A DNA stretch of 64,000 nt from a virus: positions 1 to 64,000 of IMG/VR virus record IMGVR_UViG_3300003177_000005; one strand, 5' to 3'. Shown here one piece after another: positions 43,308 through 52,572 of this stretch (position 1 is its first letter; every line of letters starts with the position of its first letter). The position numbers and the translations under genes are program-made. Below the pieces are notes generated by a model. That model was given only the letters and a program-made list of their open reading frames with translations. It did no database searches and was not told the origin of the DNA.

Positions 43308-43762
43308 GTGATGTTAAAGATTTATCATTTTATAAGACTCCAACATTAGATGGTATATGTGAAGTTTTTAACGAACTAACATATAATTTGGTTAAACAGT
43401 ATAAAAGAGAAGGATTAAGTAAAGAGGAATATAACTTTGAATATTACAAAGTAATAGATTATAGTTTTTGGACTTTTATAATTAATCTGGTTTCTGATTA
43501 CATTATTACTAATGATATACAATATGAAAATATAATAACCGATAACTTAAGATATGTAGCCAACTTACCACAAGAAGCTATAAGAGACATACATATATTT
43601 CTTTATGATAATAGAGAAGTTATTGAAAAGAATGCTACTGACTATGCATATCAAGTATATAATTATATATCTGAAGAAGAGTATGGTATAGAAGAGATAT
43701 TTACATCTTCGGTTGATCCTAAGACTATATCAGTCACAGTTGTATACTTTCCTGTTAATTGA
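43304..43762 (+). CDS. Hypothetical protein
   Basis: ATGA-coupled ORF. Confidence 0.7.
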   Translation: MSDVKDLSFYKTPTLDGICEVFNELTYNLVKQYKREGLSKEEYNFEYYKVIDYSFWTFIINLVSDYIITNDIQYENIITDNLRYVANLPQEAIRDIHIFLYDNREVIEKNATDYAYQVYNYISEEEYGIEEIFTSSVDPKTISVTVVYFPVN

Positions 43763-43784
43763 TAATGAAAAAAAGGAAAAATTA

Positions 43785-44165
43785 ATGTATGAGAATTTAG
43801 AATTGGATAAAACATATTCTATTAATTTAAAACCTAATAGTATTTTGGGTAATGAATTTTTAGGGGCTGTTTATCAAGGTGCTGTATCTTTAAGTAGTAT
43901 AAAAAATAGTATTAACCCAAATATAGACTCTATTATATCAGCGTTAAAAGAGGTTGATAATATAGATACTGTAAGTAAAACATTCTTAACCTTTAGAGTT
44001 AATGATGAAACATTAGCAGTTAATGTGGACTGGGTTAGTTCTGTTGAGACTAGTGATGACTCTTTGATTTTAACTTTCAATAGTATAACAGCTGAAGAAA
44101 AAGAACTAATACTTTTACAGATAAAAGAATTAGGATTCTATGGCGATAGGTTAACAATAAACTGA
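43785..44165 (+). CDS. Conserved phiKZ-like hypothetical protein (gp049-like)
   Basis: YSINLKPNSILGNEF...DWV...L.ELGF pattern; located beside polB as in phiKZ-like phages; AAAGGA RBS before ATG 43785. Confidence 0.6.
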   Translation: MYENLELDKTYSINLKPNSILGNEFLGAVYQGAVSLSSIKNSINPNIDSIISALKEVDNIDTVSKTFLTFRVNDETLAVNVDWVSSVETSDDSLILTFNSITAEEKELILLQIKELGFYGDRLTIN

Positions 44166-44195
44166 TATAGTAGATGCTAAACATCTACTATATCA
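44165..44195. terminator. Bidirectional hairpin between convergent genes
   Basis: GATATAGTAGATG-ctaaa-CATCTACTATATC. Confidence 0.65.
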
Positions 44196-44596
44196 AGTTC
44201 TATATTTAAATCTATTTTTTTTCTTATGTTTTCGGTTAGTGTCTTTAAACTCATATTGTTAGTAAAACAGAACTTAACCATTTTTAATCTTTTAACATTG
44301 TAATTACTTACTAAACTATTTAAACCATCTAGTGCCGAGTTGATTAATCTATAATCACAATTATCTGTTTCTTTTCTTTTATATGGCATAAAAATAATTC
44401 TATTATTACTAGTCTCAAAATAAACTGGTCTACCTATATCTAATTCAAAGCTTGAAACCGATTGATTAAATTTATAAGCTAATTCTGGATCTTTTGAAAA
44501 AAGTTCTCTTAATAATTCGGTATTAGGAAAACCTTCCATATCTATTGGTAAAACATAAATGGTATTCTCTTCTTTTTTAAACATCGTTGCACCCAC
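44177..44596 (-). CDS. Degenerate macrodomain-like protein
   Basis: Layout resembles Poa1p/DarG macro folds (..IIFMPYKR...DYRLINSALDGL...KRLKMVKF) but the GxG loops are missing. Confidence 0.45.
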   Translation of the reverse strand: MGATMFKKEENTIYVLPIDMEGFPNTELLRELFSKDPELAYKFNQSVSSFELDIGRPVYFETSNNRIIFMPYKRKETDNCDYRLINSALDGLNSLVSNYNVKRLKMVKFCFTNNMSLKTLTENIRKKIDLNIELDIVDV

Positions 44597-44761
44597 TCCT
44601 TAAGATTTCAATAAATAGAAAAAATGAATGTATTAGGTTATTTACAATACTTTTTAAATTCTTCGAAATTGTCAATTAATCTTTCTATATTATACTCTTA
44701 ATCTACTAATAACTTATACATTTTAAAAAATCTTTTTTAGTCGCTAAAATCATCAAAAAAA

Positions 44762-44902
44762 CATACATATATTATTAATATAGTGAATGACATCACTATA
44801 GTTGTCTTACTCTTAAGTAAGATTAGTTATACTGTGAAGTATAACACCCTGTCTTATGGTGGATTCCATACACCTAAGACGTAACCTTATAAGGAGGGAA
44901 TT
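44762..44902 (+). promoter_or_regulatory. Early promoter plus structured 5' leader (copy 2)
   Basis: TATATTAT 44768; hairpins at 44779-44800, 44805-44822, 44826-44845 (GTGA loop) and 44851-44880; AAGGAGG RBS. Confidence 0.8.
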
Positions 44903-45121
44903 ATGGAATTAACTAAAATTGAGCTACATAAGCTCATAAAGGCTGGGGAACACCTAGCCATAAACCTATTAATAAATAGATACGGCTATGATGCTTTCGT
45001 AGCCAGATACGGTAGGGAGATTGCGGGTCACCGCATCTCCCTTCGTGATGTGGGAGCTGAAGTTTACGAAGCTCACCACATCACTAAAGAGGTGGTTATT
45101 GAGCCTGTAGAGGCTCAATAA
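44903..45121 (+). CDS. 72-aa hypothetical protein encoded in a highly structured, GC-enriched RNA
   Basis: Strong RBS and open frame; at least six stems inside the ORF. Confidence 0.6.
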   Translation: MELTKIELHKLIKAGEHLAINLLINRYGYDAFVARYGREIAGHRISLRDVGAEVYEAHHITKEVVIEPVEAQ

Positions 45122-45158
45122 CTATCCTCGCCGTATCTTATTAACTATTTATTTTTTT

Positions 45159-47297
45159 TTATTCCCTACCATACATTTCTTTTATGGATAGTTTGTTCTG
45201 TCTAAATATACCTAATGTCTCTAAAATCATATAGTAACCTGCCATAGTAGTATCTAGTAGTTTACTATAATCAACAAAATCTTTTAACTCATCTGGTATA
45301 CCTATACTTTCGGCATATGTCATCGGTACTCTAAATTGTTTTAATTCCTTTTTATTATTAGCTCTAAGGAAATTATCAAGTCTATCTAGAAATATACTAT
45401 TACCTTTACCTTCTTCTTTAAATGTTTTTATAGTACTACTACTAAACTTCACAGTTGGTATTGTAACTACTTTATATTCTGGTTCAGGGGCATTACCGTA
45501 TTTTTTACTAAAAACACCATTCCATAATAGATGTTGAAAATATGTTGAATTTTTGACACCCTCACTATAAGCTTTAGCAGGTTTTATAGAACTTACTCTT
45601 AAAAAGTTATAATCAGCTTTTTGTACACGCTCTATTAGATATTCTTCCATATCTATAACTTTATTAATAACCTTATTTATATCTAAACTACTCTCTTGTT
45701 CTATAGATGTCAAGATATATTTCATAAGGTCTTTTTGTCCTTCTTTAATCTTTTCTGGGAATGCTCCACCCAATAAAGTAGGACCTTTAATCTCAGGTTT
45801 ATAAGAATCAAAAACAAACCCTTCCTTAATGTTTACCTTAGCGTAATAGTTTTTAGAAGCATATATAGCCATTAAAGGCCAGTAATACTCATTTTTCATC
45901 TTAAGTAAATCTCTTTTATCTGGTTGGACATTCATATTGGTAGCTAATGTTTTTAGGTTATGATCAATAGCTTGCGTTACAAATGTCATAATAATAGCCG
46001 AAACAGCTGTTGCATCTTTGGTAAACTTGATATCACCAAAATACCATTGTACCCAATCTTGATAAGTTCCACAAGTTGAATCAGTATCAGATAGTACTAT
46101 GGCATCTCTTACCATAAGTTTAGTGTCAGCAACATTAGGTGGTAAGATAACTGTTCTAAAGAATGTATCTATTAATAATTCTTGTTCTTCAATTTTCTTA
46201 TAGATATGTAAAGCTGTTGTAGCCAATTTATCTAACAATACCATATCTTCTATAGCATCAAATTTAACATCTTTACCTTTTACATCTTCAGATACAATAT
46301 GGAATAGTAAGTTAATGATAAATTCAGGCATATCCTTTAATAGCTTAACTTTATCTTCTCTACTTCCTTCTATACCAGAAACTGGTTTTATCATATCAGT
46401 TACTAGGGTCTTTAAAAAGGTTGGGTTAAATTCTCTAATATTATAAAGGTTATTAACATAAGCAATCGCTGCTCTTTCTACTGGGGTTAATTTCTTTATA
46501 TACTTAAGTATCTCCCAATCTTTTTCTCTATTTTGCCAATATTGATGAGCAGGTTCTAATAGTGATTTTGCTAATTCTTGATAAGTTGGTATTCTAAGAA
46601 CCAATTTATCTAATGTATATTTAACTTTATCCATATCTATAAATGTTATTATAGAAGTTATATAATCCATAACTAACTCTGGAGTTCTGAATATATAATT
46701 AGATGCCACCATAACTTCTGTTAATGCATTACCTATACCTGCAACACAACGAGTAACTGATGTTAATCCATAGTGAGCTGATGCGTTATAAAGAACATTA
46801 AATACTGATGCGTATGCTCCTGATAATGAGTTGTTTAAAATCTTCTTACTATTTTGATAACCATTATAAAAGTCATATAGTTCCATTTTCTTTTCAGCAT
46901 AAAACTTCTTAGCCTTTTGTTTCGCATCGTTTCTTTCAGCAACGTTTTTAAATGTATATGTAGCGTCTATACCAGCTTCTTTATTAGACGCTATATAAAC
47001 AGTCATAGATGGTGCTAAGGCATTACCCTCTTCAGACGCCTTTCTTAAATAACCTAAAAAATTCCCTCTTTTCTTTACTTTATCTTTTACTTCATTTCTC
47101 TCATAATATTCTATCTCTGGGTCTCTAAAACCGTGATCTTTTAATGCTTTTCTAATAATATATTTAGCTTCTTCACCTACTATTTCATAGCGAACTTCTA
47201 AAAACTTTTTATACATCTTAATCATATTACCTAATAGATCCAGATGTCGCTTATATTCATTCGATGGTAGGATAAAAGGGTTATTAAATTTAGACAT
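45159..47297 (-). CDS. polB: Family B DNA polymerase (phiKZ gp050-like)
   Basis: QNSKKILNNSLSGA, LTSVTR, LSDTDST and KMKNEYY motifs. Confidence 0.88.
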   Translation of the reverse strand: MSKFNNPFILPSNEYKRHLDLLGNMIKMYKKFLEVRYEIVGEEAKYIIRKALKDHGFRDPEIEYYERNEVKDKVKKRGNFLGYLRKASEEGNALAPSMTVYIASNKEAGIDATYTFKNVAERNDAKQKAKKFYAEKKMELYDFYNGYQNSKKILNNSLSGAYASVFNVLYNASAHYGLTSVTRCVAGIGNALTEVMVASNYIFRTPELVMDYITSIITFIDMDKVKYTLDKLVLRIPTYQELAKSLLEPAHQYWQNREKDWEILKYIKKLTPVERAAIAYVNNLYNIREFNPTFLKTLVTDMIKPVSGIEGSREDKVKLLKDMPEFIINLLFHIVSEDVKGKDVKFDAIEDMVLLDKLATTALHIYKKIEEQELLIDTFFRTVILPPNVADTKLMVRDAIVLSDTDSTCGTYQDWVQWYFGDIKFTKDATAVSAIIMTFVTQAIDHNLKTLATNMNVQPDKRDLLKMKNEYYWPLMAIYASKNYYAKVNIKEGFVFDSYKPEIKGPTLLGGAFPEKIKEGQKDLMKYILTSIEQESSLDINKVINKVIDMEEYLIERVQKADYNFLRVSSIKPAKAYSEGVKNSTYFQHLLWNGVFSKKYGNAPEPEYKVVTIPTVKFSSSTIKTFKEEGKGNSIFLDRLDNFLRANNKKELKQFRVPMTYAESIGIPDELKDFVDYSKLLDTTMAGYYMILETLGIFRQNKLSIKEMYGRE

Positions 47298-47360
47298 TTC
47301 TAACTCCTTATTATAATCAGTAAATAGTAAAATGTATAGTAAAATAAATCATTTCTTTTT

Positions 47361-47495
47361 TATCCATATATTATTAATATAGTGACTGACATCACTATAG
47401 CTGTCTCATTGTAGAGATTACTCTTATCGTGAGATAAGAGACTCTGTCTTATGGTGGATTCCATGCACCTAAGACATAATTTATAAGGAGTTATT
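47361..47495 (+). promoter_or_regulatory. Early promoter plus structured 5' leader (copy 3)
   Basis: TATCCA-TATATTAT; hairpins at 47378-47399, 47404-47417, 47421-47440 (GTGA loop) and 47445-47476; AAGGAG RBS. Confidence 0.8.
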
Positions 47496-47975
47496 ATGGT
47501 AAGATTTGAAGAAAAAAATTGGCAAGAGATTCTATGGATGCCTTCTTCGCCAATTGGTTTCGGAGAAGAAGGTGATAACACTATAAAGTTTTGTAATGTA
47601 GATGTGTTTCATTTACAAAAAAAAGACTTAGAGATAGGAGAGACTGTTATTTGTGACCTTAATGGTCACATAGTGACTATCACAAATAACAAAGAAGAGG
47701 GGTTTTTATATACCCTCTTCGTGGATGAGGTCTATAGAATAAAAGCTTATCTGGGTATAAATCTAGAGGACCTAATTTATGATGAAGTTATCCTAAAAAC
47801 GCACAAGGACATTGTGAATTTTAAAGTGGGTGACATTATTTCAAGAATAATAGGTGGTAGAAATGTTGTAGCCAATGAGTTTGATGGCGACACAGTTGAA
47901 TGGGGTGAAGAAGTATATTATGCCAAAGGCATAAAAATATATCTAAAAGAAGAGCCAAAAAAGGAGGTTAACTAG
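47496..47975 (+). CDS. Hypothetical protein behind the structured leader
   Basis: 159 aa; strong RBS; T-rich terminator after the stop. Confidence 0.75.
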   Translation: MVRFEEKNWQEILWMPSSPIGFGEEGDNTIKFCNVDVFHLQKKDLEIGETVICDLNGHIVTITNNKEEGFLYTLFVDEVYRIKAYLGINLEDLIYDEVILKTHKDIVNFKVGDIISRIIGGRNVVANEFDGDTVEWGEEVYYAKGIKIYLKEEPKKEVN

Positions 47976-47998
47976 CTCTTCTTCTTTTATTTTTTTTC

Positions 47999-49270
47999 CT
48001 ATTTACAACTTTCTTTTATTTTTTCTAATTTTTCTTTCTGTTCTTCTAGAGTTTTTTCCATAAAATCTTTTCTTAAATTATCTAACATCTTACTTAAACT
48101 TTGTTCAAACTTATTAGTATATAGACTTATATTATTATATTCACTTACCATTATTTGGACTACAGTAGAGATAAATTTAGTCATTACCGAGATAAAGACC
48201 TTATTCGAACTATCAGTGTTTATTAACTCAGATTTTAAACCTTCAGATAGAAGCTCCTCAAACTCTTTAGTATTTTTCTCAATTTTCTCTGACTCAGCCT
48301 TAACATCTTTAAAGGATTTTGTTAAATCATCTACTGCCACCCGATCTATCTTCTTAAATTCTCCACTAATTTCTTTTGGTGGTTTTAAGGTAAAATCAAT
48401 GTTCTTATAGACGCCTGGGTCTTTTGTTATTATTTTTATAGAAAAACCTTTATCTGTTACAACTATATTTGGAAAGTAAATAAAATGTTCCTTGTCATTT
48501 CTATGAGACTTATTTATATTTTCTTTTATTACAGCAACTACATCTTTTAAAAGTTTAAGACTATTGTCTAAATTCTCATAAATTTTTTTATGGTTTTCTA
48601 TATCTTCGATAAAATTATCGAATCTTTTTATTGTATCTAAATTTATTTCTCGTATTGTAAGAGTAATGGTGGAAAAGAACAATTGCCTAATACTATCTTG
48701 GTATTTTTTCATTTCGACTTTTAATAGTTTTTCATACTCTTCTTTATTCTTTGCACGACTCGTTACATCTTTTTTGACATTAGAATGCATTACCTGAAAT
48801 TTTTTATTCATCTCTTCAAATCGTCCAGTGACTTTATTTTGATCTAAGTAAAGATCAAATGAGTCTTTTTTAAGACCATAAAGATATGGTACACTCAAAT
48901 CTTCCATATAATAAATAAAATAATGACTTAAATTATAATGCTCAAATAGACATAATAAATCTTGGGTTGTCATATTTATTTTAATTTTATCCTTAAAGAT
49001 TTCACTCAACTTTTTTCCATTAATAGTAATTTCCGATAGAGATGAACTTATAGTTTTCTTTTTACCAAAAATAAACTCCCAAATTTTCTTGAAAAAGCTC
49101 TTAATAACTTTCCACATATTACCTAAGAACCCTTCTACATCATTATACTCTATCATACCTTTGCTATTAACTTGTCTAATTAATACTTGATTTTCAGTAT
49201 TAAGTTCTAGTAAATCTAATTTCTCAATTGTTGATTCTAAATCAATCATCAATTTTTCTATTTTATACAT
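47999..49270 (-). CDS. Internal head (inner-body-type) protein with a propeptide
   Basis: DVEGFLGNMWKVIKSFFKKIWEFIFG amphipathic helix after a Glu cleavage-type site, typical of phiKZ head paralog families; probable start ATG 49270. Confidence 0.7.
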   Translation of the reverse strand: MYKIEKLMIDLESTIEKLDLLELNTENQVLIRQVNSKGMIEYNDVEGFLGNMWKVIKSFFKKIWEFIFGKKKTISSSLSEITINGKKLSEIFKDKIKINMTTQDLLCLFEHYNLSHYFIYYMEDLSVPYLYGLKKDSFDLYLDQNKVTGRFEEMNKKFQVMHSNVKKDVTSRAKNKEEYEKLLKVEMKKYQDSIRQLFFSTITLTIREINLDTIKRFDNFIEDIENHKKIYENLDNSLKLLKDVVAVIKENINKSHRNDKEHFIYFPNIVVTDKGFSIKIITKDPGVYKNIDFTLKPPKEISGEFKKIDRVAVDDLTKSFKDVKAESEKIEKNTKEFEELLSEGLKSELINTDSSNKVFISVMTKFISTVVQIMVSEYNNISLYTNKFEQSLSKMLDNLRKDFMEKTLEEQKEKLEKIKESCK

Positions 49271-49374
49271 TTTAAAACCTTTTTTTATTTTCATTTAACT
49301 AACTTTAAATCGAATAATTTTTATCTATATATTGTTAATTTGTCATTGACATATTTTTTTTAAAGGGGTTAACA

Positions 49375-50241
49375 ATGAGAAAAGCTTTCTTATTAATCGC
49401 AGTGTTACTAATCACTATAAACTTTAGTGGGTGTAAGTTCTTGCAAAAAGGTAATGAGGTTATCTATATAGATAAGACAAGTAATAATGGTTGTGGTAGT
49501 TGTAGTACTGGTTGTAGTGATGAATGTAGTCAACCGTGTAAAAGTGGTGATGGGGGGTGTGAACCATCATATTGTATAGGGGGTAAAACTTGGTTTGATA
49601 ATAACGAAGATGGTCTTTTTAATAGTGGTGATAAAGTTCTAGCACATACTGACTTCAATGTAACACTTAACGATAGTGTAATTGAGTTTAATTCTGATAA
49701 AGATGGTAAGTGGGAGTATTGTGGTGTAAAACCAGGTGATACCGTTAAGTTAAGCTATAAAGGGACTTATGTGCCAACAAAGAAAACAAAAGATAATCTA
49801 TTAAATTCTGATGGTGTATCAGATTTACTAGAGATGATTGATTGTAATAACAGACATCTAGATATTGGTGTTAAAGTTAAAACTGTTAATACAGCATCAG
49901 TGAAAGTTACACAAAGAAAATATACCAAATGTGGTTGTGGTGGCAGATATGATAGTGAAGCTAAATATGGTTATACTAATATGGTCGTTACTGGTAAGAA
50001 CATAGTTGATGTCATCTTCACTACTGATCAACCATTAACAGCTTTATGGAATAACCATAGCCGTTATATTAAAGATTTTAGTTATCAAAATCTAGGTACA
50101 AGATTCCATTGGCCTAAAAATAATGAAGGTGGGAAAGGTGGTTATTGGATTTACAGTAAACAAAGTAATCCAGCTGTGATACAAGCAATTGTAACATTTA
50201 AAGATGGCAGTAAAAAAACCATAAATGTAATTAAAGGGTAA
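49375..50241 (+). CDS. Lipoprotein with a Cys-rich linker and SdrD-B/CnaB-like domain
   Basis: Lipobox NFSGC; IGGKTWFDNNEDGLFNSGD...SDKDGKWEY.GVKPG...LDIG. Confidence 0.75.
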   Translation: MRKAFLLIAVLLITINFSGCKFLQKGNEVIYIDKTSNNGCGSCSTGCSDECSQPCKSGDGGCEPSYCIGGKTWFDNNEDGLFNSGDKVLAHTDFNVTLNDSVIEFNSDKDGKWEYCGVKPGDTVKLSYKGTYVPTKKTKDNLLNSDGVSDLLEMIDCNNRHLDIGVKVKTVNTASVKVTQRKYTKCGCGGRYDSEAKYGYTNMVVTGKNIVDVIFTTDQPLTALWNNHSRYIKDFSYQNLGTRFHWPKNNEGGKGGYWIYSKQSNPAVIQAIVTFKDGSKKTINVIKG

Positions 50242-50395
50242 CTATGTTTTATTCATTAGATACAAACAATGAAAAGTTTTTAAAATGGTTAGAAGATTTT
50301 GAAGGTGTAGTAAAAAATTTTAATAAAAATAATATTTTTCTTATTATAGATATAATTATTACTAATTTAAAAAAAGAAAACATGAATCAATTGTA

Positions 50396-50669
50396 ATGAA
50401 TAAATTAGATAAAAAACTTTGTGATTTGACAGTTAATAATTGTTATAAATACAAGGTTTTTGGAATTGAAATTAAAAAATTAAATAAAAAAAAACTACAT
50501 AGTTATAAAAGATGAAGAAGAAAACTTTTTTATATATTCATATAGTGCTGATGAAGATTTAACATCTGTATTAGAACTAAATAGAATAAAAATTCTCGAC
50601 TATTTTAAAGAACCAAAGGTTTTAAATGCTGATAGTCTAGAAAGTCTTAAAGAGTTTTTAGAAATATAA
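50396..50669 (+). pseudogene. Hypothetical ORF broken at an A9 run (~50486-50494)
   Basis: Removing one A restores MNKLDKKL...KKNYIVIKDEEE...EFLEI*. Confidence 0.5.
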
Positions 50670-50674
50670 ATATA

Positions 50675-50708
50675 TATCTAGTTATGGATTTTACCATAAC
50701 TAGATATA
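50675..50708. terminator. Bidirectional terminator hairpin
   Basis: TATATCTAGTTATGG-atttta-CCATAACTAGATATA; coordinates approximate. Confidence 0.7.
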
Positions 50709-50737
50709 ACAAAGATTATTGGAAATTATTTTTTTTA

Positions 50738-52444
50738 TTAAAAGTCGAACTCCAAATTATTACCCATCTCATAATTGGTGTTTGTTGTATCGAAGCTACC
50801 TCTTTCCACATTACTGAAATTAACATTTCTATCTACTAATTTCTGTAAGAAAGTTTTATCATTCTTTTTATAAATGTTGTCTAAACCGATAGCTGTCATT
50901 CTTTCGTTAGCATAGTTCTTAACAGTCATATCTAACATCTGATCTGTCATGCCCATAACTGGATAATCTTTAATTAATTGTTTAGCAAATTCTAATTCAA
51001 TGTTAACAGCCTCATCAATCATCTTGTAAACATTATCAATTACTTTAGTGTCTATTTTATTTTCTCTTCTTATCGTCTTAAAAATGTTCGCAAACAACGG
51101 CAGGTGGGAGTTTATCTCATCTCTTGCTCCTTTATGTTCATATACAGACGCAACTCTGTATACAGTTCTCTTATGAACTTCTACATGTTTCCATATAGAG
51201 CAGACTATATCAACACCTTCAACATTACTTGGTCAGGTGACTGCTGTTTCGGACATCATTAGCTTATGTCCTACTCCCAAAAGGGATAGTCGTTAGGCTT
51301 TTATTTATTAAAACTAGAGAACGCTACTATTTACTCAGGAAATGTAATATCTGGAAAATCATTATCTATGATTTACAACATTATAGTTACCTTTTACTAA
51401 AAAAGTTGTTGCAACTAAACGATGTATAGTTTGAGTTTTGGTTTTGTACTTACCATTCTTATAATAAGTTATAGAAAGACTATAATAACCAGAACTATCT
51501 ATACATGGTATTATTTTTTTAATACGTTCTTTTATGTATATTTTTCCATTCAATACAAAACGTCTCTTTGTGCCATAAACATTTCCTTTTTTGTCAATAT
51601 AATACCCAAAACTATCAGGTATTAAACGAGTATCCTCTAACATAATTACATCCTTTCATTTTTTTTCATTAAAGAATATAACATGTTTTAATAAAATTTA
51701 GCACGGTAAGTTACCCACAGCTTCAACTGTTTGGGCTTTCTCCGTTTAAGCAGTTTTCGACATACAATTTCTTGTATGAAGCACTAACTGTTTTCCTTAT
51801 GCGAAAACAGTGTTAATGAAAGCAACCATATCTCTAGCACCAATAAATTTACTACCCATATTAAAGATAAAAGCAAATCCTGTTAAGAAATAAACACCTT
51901 CTAAAGCAACAGAAGCAGTTGCAGATAATAACATACCATTTGTATCATCTCTATTTATATGTCTTAGGAACTGTTCAGCTATCTTTTGGTTTTTTAAACT
52001 TAAAGGGACATAAAGTTTATCAGCTTCTCTAACTGCATCTGCATTACCAGCTGAATCTAATAGTACACTATATGATTGACTATGGTTAGTCTCTTGAGCT
52101 TGTTGTATCGTTATTGTAGACTTTACTATATTATTATTTACTTTTGCTCTAAAATCAGCTAGATGGTCTTCTTGTATAGCATCATTGATTGATAACTGAG
52201 CAAATACTTTTTCATAAATATTTTTCTCATTATCAGTAGCATTAGATAAAGCTAATTTTTCACCAGATGTATTAACTTCTCCAGGAAACCAAGTATCTGC
52301 CAGCATATTATCCAAAATCTTTTTACTCCAACTATACCTTGGTCTATTAAAATCTCTAAATCCTTTATTCTCTTTACCATTCTTTAAAAGTGTTTCTTCT
52401 AGAGAATCAACTCCGTTTTTATTATAGTATGATTTTCGTTCCAT
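50738..52444 (-). CDS. nrdB: Ribonucleotide reductase class I beta subunit, two exons (52444-51816 and 51128-50738; 339 aa spliced)
   Basis: WFPGEV, NDAIQ, ETNHSQSY and LEGVYF in exon 1; splicing restores FI/ARDEINSH with the last Glu/His metal ligands. Confidence 0.92.
51129..51815 (-). mobile_element. Group I (IA-like) self-splicing intron in nrdB, 687 nt
   Basis: P1 CAU^UAAC/GUUAGUG with U.G at the splice site; terminal G at 51129; 3' exon AGCA can pair with UGCU (P10); R element CCUAACGACUA and S element GAUAUAGUCU on the minus strand. Confidence 0.9.
51362..51643 (-). pseudogene. Intron-encoded NUMOD4/HNH homing endonuclease remnant
   Basis: YYIDKKGNVY, GYY.L and IHRLVATTFL...VVNH then two stops; the rest of the HNH core is missing. 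Confidence 0.8.
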
Positions 52445-52572
52445 TGTATACCTTTTTTTTTATTTTCTAGTCAATAAAACAGTAATAATGAAAAATTAAA
52501 ACGATGCTTTTTTTATCCACTTATTATTCAATTGAGTATATTAATATACTACATTATTAAAAGGAGTTAGAT

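Noticed and set aside
44779-45142. Identification as tRNA, tmRNA, RNase P RNA or 6S RNA
   Set aside because: No T-loop GTTCRA, CCA end or RNase P consensus seen; many short hairpins rather than one long 6S-like rod
47999-49294. Chimallin call for the gene upstream of polB
   Set aside because: It is too short and has the EG..W..IK.FF.KI helix typical of head proteins; no ORF in the window could be recognised as chimallin
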